IMG/VR virus record: IMGVR_UViG_3300043571_000263
Origin: an uncultured virus (IMG/VR IMGVR_UViG_3300043571_000263)
Lineage: Duplodnaviria > Heunggongvirae > Uroviricota > Caudoviricetes
Length of the DNA stretch: 64,000 nucleotides
Reading direction: 5' to 3' (one strand)
Position numbers and translations under genes: made by a program. The notes beneath the pieces are model-generated. The model was not told the DNA's origin, searched no databases, and saw only the letters and a program-made list of their open reading frames with translations. Positions within the stretch are counted from its first letter, which is position 1, and the number at the start of each line of letters is the position of its first letter. Below, piece by piece: positions 52,463 to 62,195 of this stretch.

Positions 52463-53898
52463 TATACATCGGAGTTCCTACTTGCGTTAACAGAGCCTCC
52501 CGCCGATGTCACGCTTAATAGTGTATTAAACGGAATAATTGGTGATTCGCCAGAGCCATTGCGAACGTCAACTCTTGCGGTGAAGTTTGTTGAAAAGATG
52601 AAGGTCACGCTTTCGCTTGATGCCGCCGCAACCTTGTCGATGAACGGAACAAATACATCGTCTGCCGTCACAATGTTGCCCGCAAGAGATGGGGACAGGC
52701 CAGAAAACGTTTTGGTTCCAGCGTTAAATGAAGAGTAGGTATATCGAAGCCCCTTGATGCGAATCACGCCAGATGATGGTGTATCCGTCTTGATGGACTC
52801 CACGACCTGTAACGATGTTGCTCCAGAGTTGGCTGCAACGGGTGTATATTCGTCTTTGAGCACTCCGCCGCTTCCGTTTTCTCTGGCCACCAAAACCCTG
52901 TCTCCAGAAACAAGGTTTCCAACGGTGATGCCGATAAGTGTTGGCGGCACTTGCGTTGTTCCATCATCGGCGATCAATTGATAGCGCGTAGCTTCAGCGG
53001 GTAAAACGCCAGACAAATACCATCCTCTGGCAACGAAAAGGGTTCCACCAGCAAATGTCCCGAACGGAGCAGAAACAACCTCCGGATATGCGGAGTTGAG
53101 CTTTCGATAACGCCATCCCGGAATGCTGTTCAGTGTTGTGGTTGACGACTCTCTTGTTATATATTGGAGATACTGATACGCCTCCTGTAACGTGCAAGAA
53201 TCCGACAAAGCTATCGTTCCCTTGTAAAGCTTTGAGCCGTTACCATTGCCAATGTCTTGAGTGGTGTCTCCGAATGTGATTGTTACCTTTGACGAAAGAA
53301 GTGCGGCGTTTTCCTCGGAAAGAACGATTGACGCATCCACTGAGGTTGACAAAGCTGCCGCCGATTCGCCGCCAGCAGCAAGGTTTGTGTCAAAGTGTGA
53401 ATATGTTTGACCCCACTTTCTTGAAAATGCGGTCACGTCCCCGCTATCAATAAATGAACCGCTCGTTCTGACTTTAACCAAAATCTGTATATGTCCATCA
53501 GACCAGAACTTGGTTAGCTTGTTTCCGTTCTGCACAACGTAAATCGGTGATTCGGCAACAATACCACCGATTGTTTTTAGACCCGAATATTGAACGTTAC
53601 CACCGTCCTGCTTGATGGAGCCAAAGTTAATGTATTGAGATGCGCTGTCATCAATATTGAAAACAACGGAACCTGATGTTAGGAGGTTTAACCGCGATGC
53701 AACAGCCGCGTCTCTTGGGCCGTCAAGTCTGGACGGGTTGGGTGCTAATGTGTCAAGAAGATCATTGCCGCTGGATGATGCGTCGTCTGCCAAATCCTGC
53801 AACCAAGCGTGAAGATCTAAAACGCTATAAATGGTGGTTCCGCTGGTATGCCGAATATCTCCTGTTGCGCTAATTGAAAAATCGTCTTGAATTGCCAT
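52462..53898 (-). CDS. Putative virion structural protein
   Basis: MAIQDDFSI..TGDIR...YSV.DLH.WLQDLADD; S/T/G-rich; ends SRNSD. Confidence 0.6.
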   Translation of the reverse strand: MAIQDDFSISATGDIRHTSGTTIYSVLDLHAWLQDLADDASSSGNDLLDTLAPNPSRLDGPRDAAVASRLNLLTSGSVVFNIDDSASQYINFGSIKQDGGNVQYSGLKTIGGIVAESPIYVVQNGNKLTKFWSDGHIQILVKVRTSGSFIDSGDVTAFSRKWGQTYSHFDTNLAAGGESAAALSTSVDASIVLSEENAALLSSKVTITFGDTTQDIGNGNGSKLYKGTIALSDSCTLQEAYQYLQYITRESSTTTLNSIPGWRYRKLNSAYPEVVSAPFGTFAGGTLFVARGWYLSGVLPAEATRYQLIADDGTTQVPPTLIGITVGNLVSGDRVLVARENGSGGVLKDEYTPVAANSGATSLQVVESIKTDTPSSGVIRIKGLRYTYSSFNAGTKTFSGLSPSLAGNIVTADDVFVPFIDKVAAASSESVTFIFSTNFTARVDVRNGSGESPIIPFNTLLSVTSAGGSVNASRNSDV

Positions 53899-53977
53899 AT
53901 TTTGTTGGGGGTATGTTTTTTACAATGCGGGCCTTACAAGTATAACTATAAAATTCTCAATTTCCAGAAATTATTTT

Positions 53978-56212
53978 TTAATCTATTTCTTGAAGCGCGG
54001 TAACCGTAGCTCCTGAGCCTACAGTAACAATCGTAAACCATGGCTTATATGCTGGAGTTCCGCTGGCATTACGAGCCTCAACTCTTACCTCTCCAGTGTA
54101 AGTTAGAGAAAAGGTGCGAGTTGTTCCTGCTTCTAAAACGTTTTCCAAAACCGTTCCGTTGTCGGTGCGGACTATTTTGATTCGAGAGCCAGCGACAAGA
54201 TTGTTTACCGTAAGTTCCGCTCCGCTTATGATTGTAACTGTTGCGCCCTCGCTAGTTACTTGGCCGCTCTCTAAGGTGGTTGAGCCAGACAATGTTATCG
54301 TTACCGTTCCAGAAGTTTTTAATACATGAACTCTATCTGTGCTTGGTGTTCCCGCAAATGTAACATCGGTCAGAGTGAACTCTGTTACGCTTGTTCCCAG
54401 CTCAATATGATACGCTGCTGACGTATTTGAAACGTCAATTGTCGTTCCGTTCATGCTGCTGTTGGCACTAAAGGCAATGGCGGCATCTGTGCTGCGGGTT
54501 GATGTAATGTTGCAATTGTTGAACTGTGCGCCCTTTGCGTCTATTTCTCCACATTGCTGAAATGCCGCACCGTCACAGGTTACTCCGGTTTTCCACACCA
54601 CGTCCCAACCAACGATTGAGGCTCCTGCAAATACATAGGTTGCGCTTGTGCTACTGTTTGTGTCAATTGTAAACGCTTGCCTTGTCGTTGTTGCTACAAT
54701 TGCGCTTGAAAAATCAATAACGTCAGAACTGCTTGCGCGAACCGTCAGCGGTTGGTCAAGCTCGCCAAGACGAAACCAAGGCGTTTCGGCCTTGCCGCCA
54801 ATCTGATATTCCAATGATTGCGCCGAACCCTTAAAATACGTTTCATTGGTTCCGTTTCCAATCTGCGCTGGTATCCCTAATAGAGATTGTCCCGCGCCCT
54901 GAAGAAATGCGCGATAGATTCCGCCACCGCCAGAAGAAATCTTGGCAATATCGGCAATTGTAAGCGGTCTTACCGATCCTCCGCCCAAAAGCTCAATTGT
55001 TCCTATGGAACCCAATGCTTTAAGTGCTATTAAGCGGCTTGTCGCGTTTGCTGTTGTATTGTGACTCAACATGCCAAAATACACAATATTGGCCCAATTG
55101 ATTGTTCCAGAAGTAGCAATGAAGGTTTCGTTCGGCAAATCTGCAATTATGCCCTTAAAGTTGTTTGTGCCAAACCGCGCTCTTGATATTGGTTGCCAAG
55201 CCGCCCACGCCCCCGCATTGTCCTCAAAGTAAAATATGGGGCCGCTTGGAGACATGACGTTGTTAAAGTTTGTGTATGCCAAAACGGCAAACAACTTGCC
55301 CGCCGACCAATCTGCCGTTACAGGGAAAACGCCACCGTATATTCCGATGGTTGCTGGCGGTGTGGTCGCAACGGTAACGAATGGCCCATACCAGTTTGGG
55401 TCGCCAGTATAAGATGGCTGAGTTGTGACGGTTGGCCCTGCTGTTGGTGTCAGGCACGTTATTCCCGCAATTGACGCTCTGCGTGTGTGGATGGAAACCG
55501 GAGTTGGGCTATCGGCGTCTAAAGTAAATTCCTCAACAACCGTAAACGGCGAAGATGAATACGCCGTGATGTTTCCACTTGTTTTGTTTCTGATGGCGAT
55601 TGTTGCCAAAACTCCACCCCTAGTAACGCTCCTGTCCCAAGTAAATGTTCCAGTGGCCCCCGCCGTTCTTTGATGCTGCTCGACAACATAAAGCTCAACA
55701 CCTGTATCGCTGCGGCGAGACACATCTGTAAATCCACCCAAAATCGTTGCTGGAGTTGATACGCCGTTCAGGTCAAGGCCCGCAACGCGAATGATAAGCG
55801 CGTTGTTGTTTGACGTTGTAACGCTTGGAGCCACATATTTTGTAACAAATGATGTTTGCTCTGTCGTTCCAACAGAAACATCGAGAAATGTTGTTGCGTC
55901 CGCATCTCTAATCAGCATTGCGCTTACAATCCAGTCGTCGCTTGCTCCTGTAATTGTTGGAGCGGTTATATCGCTTCCGCTGCGTTTTGCTTGCCAGATT
56001 CCAACGCGAACACCAGCAACAGACGCCGAGCTTTTGTATATTTCTGTCCAACCTGCACTAATACCAAGCGCGGTTCCGCCACCATCGTTTACGGCGCACA
56101 GCAATATGTAGTCGTTGTCTTGTTGTGTATCTGTAATCCATTGATCTGGAACAAACGAAGCAGTTGTTGCCGTTTCGGTTGACGATTGCGCTGTTTGAAC
56201 GATGTAAGCCAT
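53978..56212 (-). CDS. Putative spike/decoration protein with beta-helix and Ig-like segments
   Basis: 744 aa T/S/G-rich beta protein. Confidence 0.55.
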   Translation of the reverse strand: MAYIVQTAQSSTETATTASFVPDQWITDTQQDNDYILLCAVNDGGGTALGISAGWTEIYKSSASVAGVRVGIWQAKRSGSDITAPTITGASDDWIVSAMLIRDADATTFLDVSVGTTEQTSFVTKYVAPSVTTSNNNALIIRVAGLDLNGVSTPATILGGFTDVSRRSDTGVELYVVEQHQRTAGATGTFTWDRSVTRGGVLATIAIRNKTSGNITAYSSSPFTVVEEFTLDADSPTPVSIHTRRASIAGITCLTPTAGPTVTTQPSYTGDPNWYGPFVTVATTPPATIGIYGGVFPVTADWSAGKLFAVLAYTNFNNVMSPSGPIFYFEDNAGAWAAWQPISRARFGTNNFKGIIADLPNETFIATSGTINWANIVYFGMLSHNTTANATSRLIALKALGSIGTIELLGGGSVRPLTIADIAKISSGGGGIYRAFLQGAGQSLLGIPAQIGNGTNETYFKGSAQSLEYQIGGKAETPWFRLGELDQPLTVRASSSDVIDFSSAIVATTTRQAFTIDTNSSTSATYVFAGASIVGWDVVWKTGVTCDGAAFQQCGEIDAKGAQFNNCNITSTRSTDAAIAFSANSSMNGTTIDVSNTSAAYHIELGTSVTEFTLTDVTFAGTPSTDRVHVLKTSGTVTITLSGSTTLESGQVTSEGATVTIISGAELTVNNLVAGSRIKIVRTDNGTVLENVLEAGTTRTFSLTYTGEVRVEARNASGTPAYKPWFTIVTVGSGATVTALQEID

Positions 56213-56217
56213 TTTGT

Positions 56218-56652
56218 TTATGCTCTGGAAACAATAAGTCCAGACAATATACCACCAGAAAAACTCGAATAAAAGGAATCATTCGTTGGGTCATAGGGGG
56301 ACGGAACATTTCTGTATCTGGTTACACCTTCCCAAGTATAACTCCATACAGTTCCTGATAAAAATGTTGGAGGTGTGTCCCACATGCTAACAAGGTCAAT
56401 CCAAAGCAATGGGGCGTTTTCCCCCGCGTCCCCCTTGTCGCCCTTGTCGCCCTTGACTCCTTGTGGCCCCCTTTCGATGATTTCGATAACGTCCGTGTTG
56501 GTTTCGACAACCTCAATTACGTCAAAATTCGTTTCGACAACTTCAATTACCTCTACATTGAGATTGTTTACCTCTACAACCTCGACACTCCTTTCGACTA
56601 AGGCGACAGTATCGGGATTTGCTTCAACGATCTGCACCACTTCTTGGCTCAT
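56218..56652 (-). CDS. Collagen-like fibre-associated protein
   Basis: VIEVVETN repeats then GPQGVKGDKGDKGDAGE. Confidence 0.65.
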   Translation of the reverse strand: MSQEVVQIVEANPDTVALVERSVEVVEVNNLNVEVIEVVETNFDVIEVVETNTDVIEIIERGPQGVKGDKGDKGDAGENAPLLWIDLVSMWDTPPTFLSGTVWSYTWEGVTRYRNVPSPYDPTNDSFYSSFSGGILSGLIVSRA

Positions 56653-57017
56653 TACCTTGCGATTTCCTCGTAAACCTTGGCCTTTCCAGTTGCAAAAGCG
56701 ATAGACGTATATCCTTGTGTTAATTCTATTTCGTAAACATTCTCTCCAGCCGTAAGGTTTGAAGCTTGTGTGCCAGTCATTACAATCTCAATGGTTCCGT
56801 CCGAACCAAGCGTAATGCCGTTTCCAGCCGTCAACGAAAGAAGCGTGGCACTACCCTTTGTGCATTCCCTAATCACAAATGAGGCTCCGTATGTCGAAAG
56901 ATCAACGGGAACGTTGGTCTTTTTGTTGCAGGACTTGGTTAAATAACGGAATTTGGCAGTCCAAGTTTTACCTTGAACGATAACAATATCTCTCTCAAGT
57001 CTCCAGTAGTTCGTCAT
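56652..57017 (-). CDS. BppU-N-like virion protein, paralog 1
   Basis: I.I.QG.TW...PVDLSTY.A...G.I.I.MT..QA..L....VYEIEL. Confidence 0.65.
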   Translation of the reverse strand: MTNYWRLERDIVIVQGKTWTAKFRYLTKSCNKKTNVPVDLSTYGASFVIRECTKGSATLLSLTAGNGITLGSDGTIEIVMTGTQASNLTAGENVYEIELTQGYTSIAFATGKAKVYEEIAR

Positions 57018-58264
57018 TGGAATAGGGGTATCCTGTAACTGTTTGTCACGTTGTTGGTAATAATGCTCACTTCCATCCAAAGTATGGCCGTATTAAAGTT
57101 GACGGTGTTGACGTTGGCTGTATTTGTTGGAACAGCGTTTGTAGAGAAAATAGCGCGTTGAAAGCTAGCCGCGTTTGTATTCGTTAAAGCTGTAAAACCA
57201 AGACCAAGATTTGTTCGTGTAAGCGCAGCGTTGGTTACGGCAATTGCCCCGCCAACATTAAGATTGGTGACAGCTGTAACAACTCCTGTAGAGGTCAACG
57301 TTCCAGATGCGGTAACATTTGAAAACGTAACATTGTTTGTTGTTCCAAGCTCGACGGCTGTTCTAAAGTTTGTTACGTTGGTATTTGTGAGCCACGTTGC
57401 ACCAAGGCCAAGATTTGTTCTACTGGCTGCAATGTTGGCCGTAGCATTTGCTCCAGAAAAATAAATTGGCTCAATATATGAAATATTGTCGGCAAGCGTC
57501 CATGCGTTTTCTTTGTAAATAAGCTTAACAGCCTCGTCTGCTTGATTTAGGACAATAATATTGGTTGCGGCCCCCAACTGTCTAATTTGTGTAACAGAAC
57601 TGGTGTTTCCAGAATGTATAATGGTGGCCACGTCACCGTTAAATGTTGCGCCGTTTGTTGGAAGCGTAACAACGTTTGTCACATTGTTTACAGACGGAGA
57701 AAGGCTATACAGCCAAAGATTGCGCGAGTTTGTTGCAGCATTTGTGGCGTTTGCGGTAACGTTGGTAAAGCTTTGAACCGTTGTGCTGATGGGCGCAGCT
57801 TGCCAAAAGTTTGTAGGACTAATAACCGAGCCGTTGGTGTTAACAAGAACCGGATTTGTGCCAACCCCAAATAGCGCGGTTTGAAATGTTGGTGCGTTTT
57901 GATTTGTTAATCCGCTCCAAGGTATCCCCAGATTGATGCGTGCGTCAGTTGGATTGGTTGCTCCTGTTCCGCCATTTGCAATTGCCACAGAACCCACAAG
58001 ACTGGACGTGTTGATGTTTGTCAGACTGCCTCCGTTGTTGGACGATAGGTTTGTCAAAACAGAAGAAGACGGCTGAAACGCTGATGCTGGATTTGTTGCT
58101 GCGCTTCCAAGGCCAAGACCCGATGTTGCGCTTGAAGCGTTTGCGCTCCAGAAGTTGGTTGGCTGTGTTACAACATTGTTTGTTCCAACCAAAACGCTTC
58201 TTGTCTGAGCAAGCCCAAGACTTGCAAACATCAAAAGTGCGGCAAATAAGAAAGTTTTTTTCAT
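57014..58264 (-). CDS. Asn/Thr-rich tail-fibre-like protein with signal peptide
   Basis: MKKTFLFAALLMFASLGLA-Q; IANGGTGAT...ARINLG, RTNLGLG repeats. Confidence 0.7.
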   Translation of the reverse strand: MKKTFLFAALLMFASLGLAQTRSVLVGTNNVVTQPTNFWSANASSATSGLGLGSAATNPASAFQPSSSVLTNLSSNNGGSLTNINTSSLVGSVAIANGGTGATNPTDARINLGIPWSGLTNQNAPTFQTALFGVGTNPVLVNTNGSVISPTNFWQAAPISTTVQSFTNVTANATNAATNSRNLWLYSLSPSVNNVTNVVTLPTNGATFNGDVATIIHSGNTSSVTQIRQLGAATNIIVLNQADEAVKLIYKENAWTLADNISYIEPIYFSGANATANIAASRTNLGLGATWLTNTNVTNFRTAVELGTTNNVTFSNVTASGTLTSTGVVTAVTNLNVGGAIAVTNAALTRTNLGLGFTALTNTNAASFQRAIFSTNAVPTNTANVNTVNFNTAILWMEVSIITNNVTNSYRIPLFQ

Positions 58265-58266
58265 GG

Positions 58267-58587
58267 TTACATTAGCCTTTTCCAAACCCTTTTGTTTCCA
58301 GTTTGAACGCCGTAGTCATTGGGCCTGATTACGAATGGGTCGTTTTCCGCGTCGGTTCCTTCTGTAAGCTGATAAATTGCAGGAGCACCAGAAATGACCA
58401 AAAAAACAACGATGCCAACAACGTAGGTTCCGTTGATTGTGCTTAGTCCAGCAAGAGAGCCGCTTCCGCCTGTGAGCGTGGTTATTGATGGCTCAACGCG
58501 CAATATGTTCACGCTTGGCGTTGTGATCGGTGTGGACGAAACCCCGATAACGCTGGAAGATGGAATTGGTATGCAAATTTTACTCAT
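58267..58587 (-). CDS. Small virion-associated protein
   Basis: IT.LTGG...L.G..T...Y.L..GTDAE..P.VIRP.DY....N..VW. Confidence 0.6.
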   Translation of the reverse strand: MSKICIPIPSSSVIGVSSTPITTPSVNILRVEPSITTLTGGSGSLAGLSTINGTYVVGIVVFLVISGAPAIYQLTEGTDAENDPFVIRPNDYGVQTGNKRVWKRLM

Positions 58588-58946
58588 TTTGTAACTGTTT
58601 CAGATATAATGACATTACCTTTGAGCACTGGAGTTTTAGTTGCTCCATTGTATAAAAACAGATCATATACAGCGTCTTTGCACGAAGAAAGATTTTCAGT
58701 GTCGGTTGCGGCAACAAACAGACGAATTGATCCGGTGGTTTCGTTGAGGACAATCCTGCCGTTACTGGTGGACAGCTCCAATATTACAGCTTTACTTTCT
58801 GGTTTTGATCTTACTTGCATTTTGGCGGTATATCCAGAAAGGTCAACGGGAGACGATGGTTCTCCCGTTTCGTAAAACAGTGTTTGATTAAATGTGCCGC
58901 CTTTGAAAATGCAAATGTCGGCAACTGCAATTGGTAGTTCTGCCAT
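58584..58946 (-). CDS. BppU-N-like virion protein, paralog 2
   Basis: PVDLSGYTAKMQVR...LELST.NGRI...AVYDL. Confidence 0.7.
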   Translation of the reverse strand: MAELPIAVADICIFKGGTFNQTLFYETGEPSSPVDLSGYTAKMQVRSKPESKAVILELSTSNGRIVLNETTGSIRLFVAATDTENLSSCKDAVYDLFLYNGATKTPVLKGNVIISETVTK

Positions 58947-58964
58947 AATAATCAACAATAGAAT

Positions 58965-60809
58965 CTACCAATTAGACCTTAAAGTCAAGCGTTGTTTTAT
59001 CTTCTTAAAGCCCTCTCTGTTCTTTTGTTTTATCTCTGATATTGCCTCGCTTCCAGCCATTGCTCCAAAAACCTTTCGCGCAACAAACAGACCAACAGCA
59101 AAAGAGTCGAACAAGTCGGGAGATTTTCCTATGCGCTTTTTCATGTCGGTCTTGGACTCAATGATAATCTTTCTGGTTCTCCGAACATATTTTCGCTGCG
59201 TCATCTCCCAAGCCAAGTCTGGGGTTACGCCTTTTAATTGCTCGTTCTCAAGAAAGTATCTACCAACAAAGCACAATTCGCTGGCCATATTGTGGAACAG
59301 CTCTTTCCCAACCTGCGGTTTTCCCGTAATCTCGTTTCTGAGTGCGTATTGCGCCGATACGGGTAGGTCGGATGCCGCGCCAGCAAAGCTTACCGCGTGC
59401 CAGCCCCTCAATAGCTCTCTTTCACCAATAGACCAAAATATGCCGCCAGCCGAGGCGTCCACGCCCATCCACTGATTTGGTATTCCAAGTTTATCGGCAA
59501 GGTCTTTGATTTGATAAATCATCTCATATTGGAAATCCTCTTGGCTTCCCTGCCTCCTGTTAAGGACGTATTGTTTTTCTACGGCAATCGCCCATTTTCC
59601 TGTTATCAGCTTTCCGTATTTAAGATGGGTAAAAACAAATCTGTCGCCGCCTTCGGTGTAGCTTGGGTCAACTCCAGCTATGTCTTTGGGTGTTCCGTCC
59701 CATATTGGCTTGTCCAATGCGCCGTGGCGGGCCAAAAGGATGTCGCTAAAGATTGTAGTGTCATCGGCGTCTGCTGGTGGCCAGAACCCGCGAAACTTTC
59801 TCCAATACTGTGGGTTAAGTTCTCCAAGCTCCTTTCTGGCAATAGCAACATCGTTGGGCTTGGGAAGGAATGGATAGCGCAGCCCCTTTCCCGCGTCAAA
59901 CGATTGCTGGTTGGGATTGTCCTTTTCAGAGTCAAACCGAAGGCACAGCCCTTCAATGCCCGCCACCCTTATCTTCCAGTGTGATGTTTCTTCGTCAACG
60001 CTCATCCAGCCCTTAATGGGTTCGCAGAACTTTCCGTGGGGGTCAAAGATTGAGGATGGGTTTCCCGCGCCAACCACATACAGCTCTTGCGCCCCCTTAA
60101 AGCCCCAGATAGCCTCATTGATCACGGAAGCCGAACAGTCTTGCAATTCGTCGATGATCAGAACGATACGGCGGTTCTTCTTGCCCTGAAGTCGTTTCTG
60201 CGCGTCATCCTTAAATTCGTCGCCAGCCGCCAATAGCATGATGGAAGATGCGTCGGACACGCCAACAGAGGCGTCAATCACTTTTCCCTCTTCGTCTGAC
60301 AGTTTGATGATGTCCATGGACTCGATTAAACGCCCCGGAGCTACACCAAGGGCTTGGGCCTCTCTATACATCTTTACCAGTGCGCCCCAAATCCGCTGCT
60401 TCGCGTCAATCTTGCTTGTCGAAACAACGATGACCATAGTGTTTAGGGGGTCACAAAACCAGCTCACAAGGCCAAATGCAGCCATGTCCCAAGACTTTCC
60501 TGAGTCTGTGCCGCCAGCTAGACCCGTAACACCCCTTACATACTTGTTGTTGTTATCAATCTCAACGTTGTTCATGCAGAACGCTTGTGCTCTTAGCTCT
60601 GCCCATTTGTGCCAAGCAAAGGTTGGCCAGATTGTTGAAACAATGTTTTTGTAATGAACTGCCCTTCCGAGTCCTCCGTCCTCCTTGCTCAAGCCAGCTA
60701 GGAACGCGTCCATCTCAATTCTGAGCGGAGTAATGGCCGCCCCGCTCTTGGGATACCACAGCCTTCCATATTTTTCAATCGCCCCGTCAGCGTTAATTGC
60801 TGTTGCCAT
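58965..60809 (-). CDS. terL: Terminase large subunit
   Basis: Walker A GGTDSGKS, Walker B LIIDE, GNP, nuclease GVDP..GGD, ESK.DMKKR.GKSPD..D. Confidence 0.92.
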   Translation of the reverse strand: MATAINADGAIEKYGRLWYPKSGAAITPLRIEMDAFLAGLSKEDGGLGRAVHYKNIVSTIWPTFAWHKWAELRAQAFCMNNVEIDNNNKYVRGVTGLAGGTDSGKSWDMAAFGLVSWFCDPLNTMVIVVSTSKIDAKQRIWGALVKMYREAQALGVAPGRLIESMDIIKLSDEEGKVIDASVGVSDASSIMLLAAGDEFKDDAQKRLQGKKNRRIVLIIDELQDCSASVINEAIWGFKGAQELYVVGAGNPSSIFDPHGKFCEPIKGWMSVDEETSHWKIRVAGIEGLCLRFDSEKDNPNQQSFDAGKGLRYPFLPKPNDVAIARKELGELNPQYWRKFRGFWPPADADDTTIFSDILLARHGALDKPIWDGTPKDIAGVDPSYTEGGDRFVFTHLKYGKLITGKWAIAVEKQYVLNRRQGSQEDFQYEMIYQIKDLADKLGIPNQWMGVDASAGGIFWSIGERELLRGWHAVSFAGAASDLPVSAQYALRNEITGKPQVGKELFHNMASELCFVGRYFLENEQLKGVTPDLAWEMTQRKYVRRTRKIIIESKTDMKKRIGKSPDLFDSFAVGLFVARKVFGAMAGSEAISEIKQKNREGFKKIKQRLTLRSNW

Positions 60810-60838
60810 AAGAATTTGATTATACTATATTATAGCAA

Positions 60839-61612
60839 ATGGAAGAAAAAAAGAAGCGCGGAAGGCGTCCAACTGATTGGGACTCGCCAGAAAATAGGTA
60901 TAAAAAGCAAAACGCATTTAGGCTATTTGTGGCGGATAGGGGCATTTCGGAAATTACTGAAGCTTTAGGGATTAAGAGCCTGACAACCACAAAGCGTTTT
61001 ATTTACTCAGAAAATTGGGAAAAATACAAGAAAATTTGGCTTGATAATCCAGACAAGGAAATGCCGTATCCTTGGGAACAAACCACTCCAGCCAAGCTGT
61101 CTGCGCCACCTCCTGACATGAGCCTAATGACTCAAGACAAGAGGCTACAGTGCATTAAAGGGTTTTCAATGTATTGCGCTGGTCGCAACATTGCAGAAAT
61201 AGCACAAGAGCTTAAATTAAGCTATACAACAGTGTGCATGTGGGCCGACGCGCAGAGGTGGAAGGTTTGTCGTGAGCGTTTGGTTAATGACCAGTCTCCC
61301 GCTCCTTGGGAAAGCGAAGACGTTCCAACTCTTATATCCGACATTACGGCCTCGCTGGAAACCATGAAGAAGTCCATCAAATTTTTGACTGGCAGGGTTC
61401 TGGTTAAAGCGGCGGACGCCGCGCAAGAACTGGACGGAATGGAGGCGTTGGGCATGATGCGAAACATCAAGCAGCTCGCAGAGGCGGCAACCATTAACTT
61501 CTCAGAACCCAACCAGCAATCACAGGTTCAGATCAATATTGCCACGAAGCTTGAATCCTTGAAAATACCAGACAACAATACCTTTGAGGCCGAATTGGTA
61601 GTCAATGAGTAA
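60839..61612 (+). CDS. Putative terminase small subunit with duplicated HTH
   Basis: Two AF..F/Y..GR.I.EI...L HTH units each followed by W and PWE; adjacent to TerL. Confidence 0.55.
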   Translation: MEEKKKRGRRPTDWDSPENRYKKQNAFRLFVADRGISEITEALGIKSLTTTKRFIYSENWEKYKKIWLDNPDKEMPYPWEQTTPAKLSAPPPDMSLMTQDKRLQCIKGFSMYCAGRNIAEIAQELKLSYTTVCMWADAQRWKVCRERLVNDQSPAPWESEDVPTLISDITASLETMKKSIKFLTGRVLVKAADAAQELDGMEALGMMRNIKQLAEAATINFSEPNQQSQVQINIATKLESLKIPDNNTFEAELVVNE

Positions 61613-62195
61613 TCCGCTTAAATTTTGCCTAAGCAGAAAAGAGGCTGTTCCCCCAAATGGCTTTCGTTGCATTTGCCCCATGACGGACGTGATGGTTCGC
61701 GCTGCTGATTTTGGAGAGCTTGTTAAAGAATGCACCAAGACGATTATTTCTCTTGGGCTTGTTCCTCCTGCGGATTTGATCAGAGAAGTGGAAAATGCGG
61801 TCTGCAATGAACTTCCCGGCTACAAATTTTGCAAGCCCTGCTCGCAAGTTAGGCAAACCCTTGGCTTTGGAGAAATAACGCGGTGGGTTACGGCAATGTA
61901 TAAATTTGCGAAGGACGCAAGGTTCTCACTTGTCGAACAAGAAGAAGCTGAACGGAGAGCTAAAATCTGTGCTTCTTGCCCTCACCAAATTGAGGCGGCT
62001 GGATGTTGGGGTTGCAAGGGAATTGCCGGAATGCTTCCACACATTGCTGGTGCAAGAAAAACATCTTTTGACCCTCAGCTTAAAGCTTGCGGGGTTTGCG
62101 GCTGCTACAATTCGGTTAGTGTTCATTTGCCTGTTGATATTCAAGGTGGAGAAAATTTAGAGTTTCCCGATTGGTGTTGGAAGAAAAAAGTTTAG
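61605..62195 (+). CDS. Cys-rich metal-binding protein
   Basis: ERRAKICASCP, CWGC, CGVCGC, CW. Confidence 0.6.
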   Translation: MSNPLKFCLSRKEAVPPNGFRCICPMTDVMVRAADFGELVKECTKTIISLGLVPPADLIREVENAVCNELPGYKFCKPCSQVRQTLGFGEITRWVTAMYKFAKDARFSLVEQEEAERRAKICASCPHQIEAAGCWGCKGIAGMLPHIAGARKTSFDPQLKACGVCGCYNSVSVHLPVDIQGGENLEFPDWCWKKKV

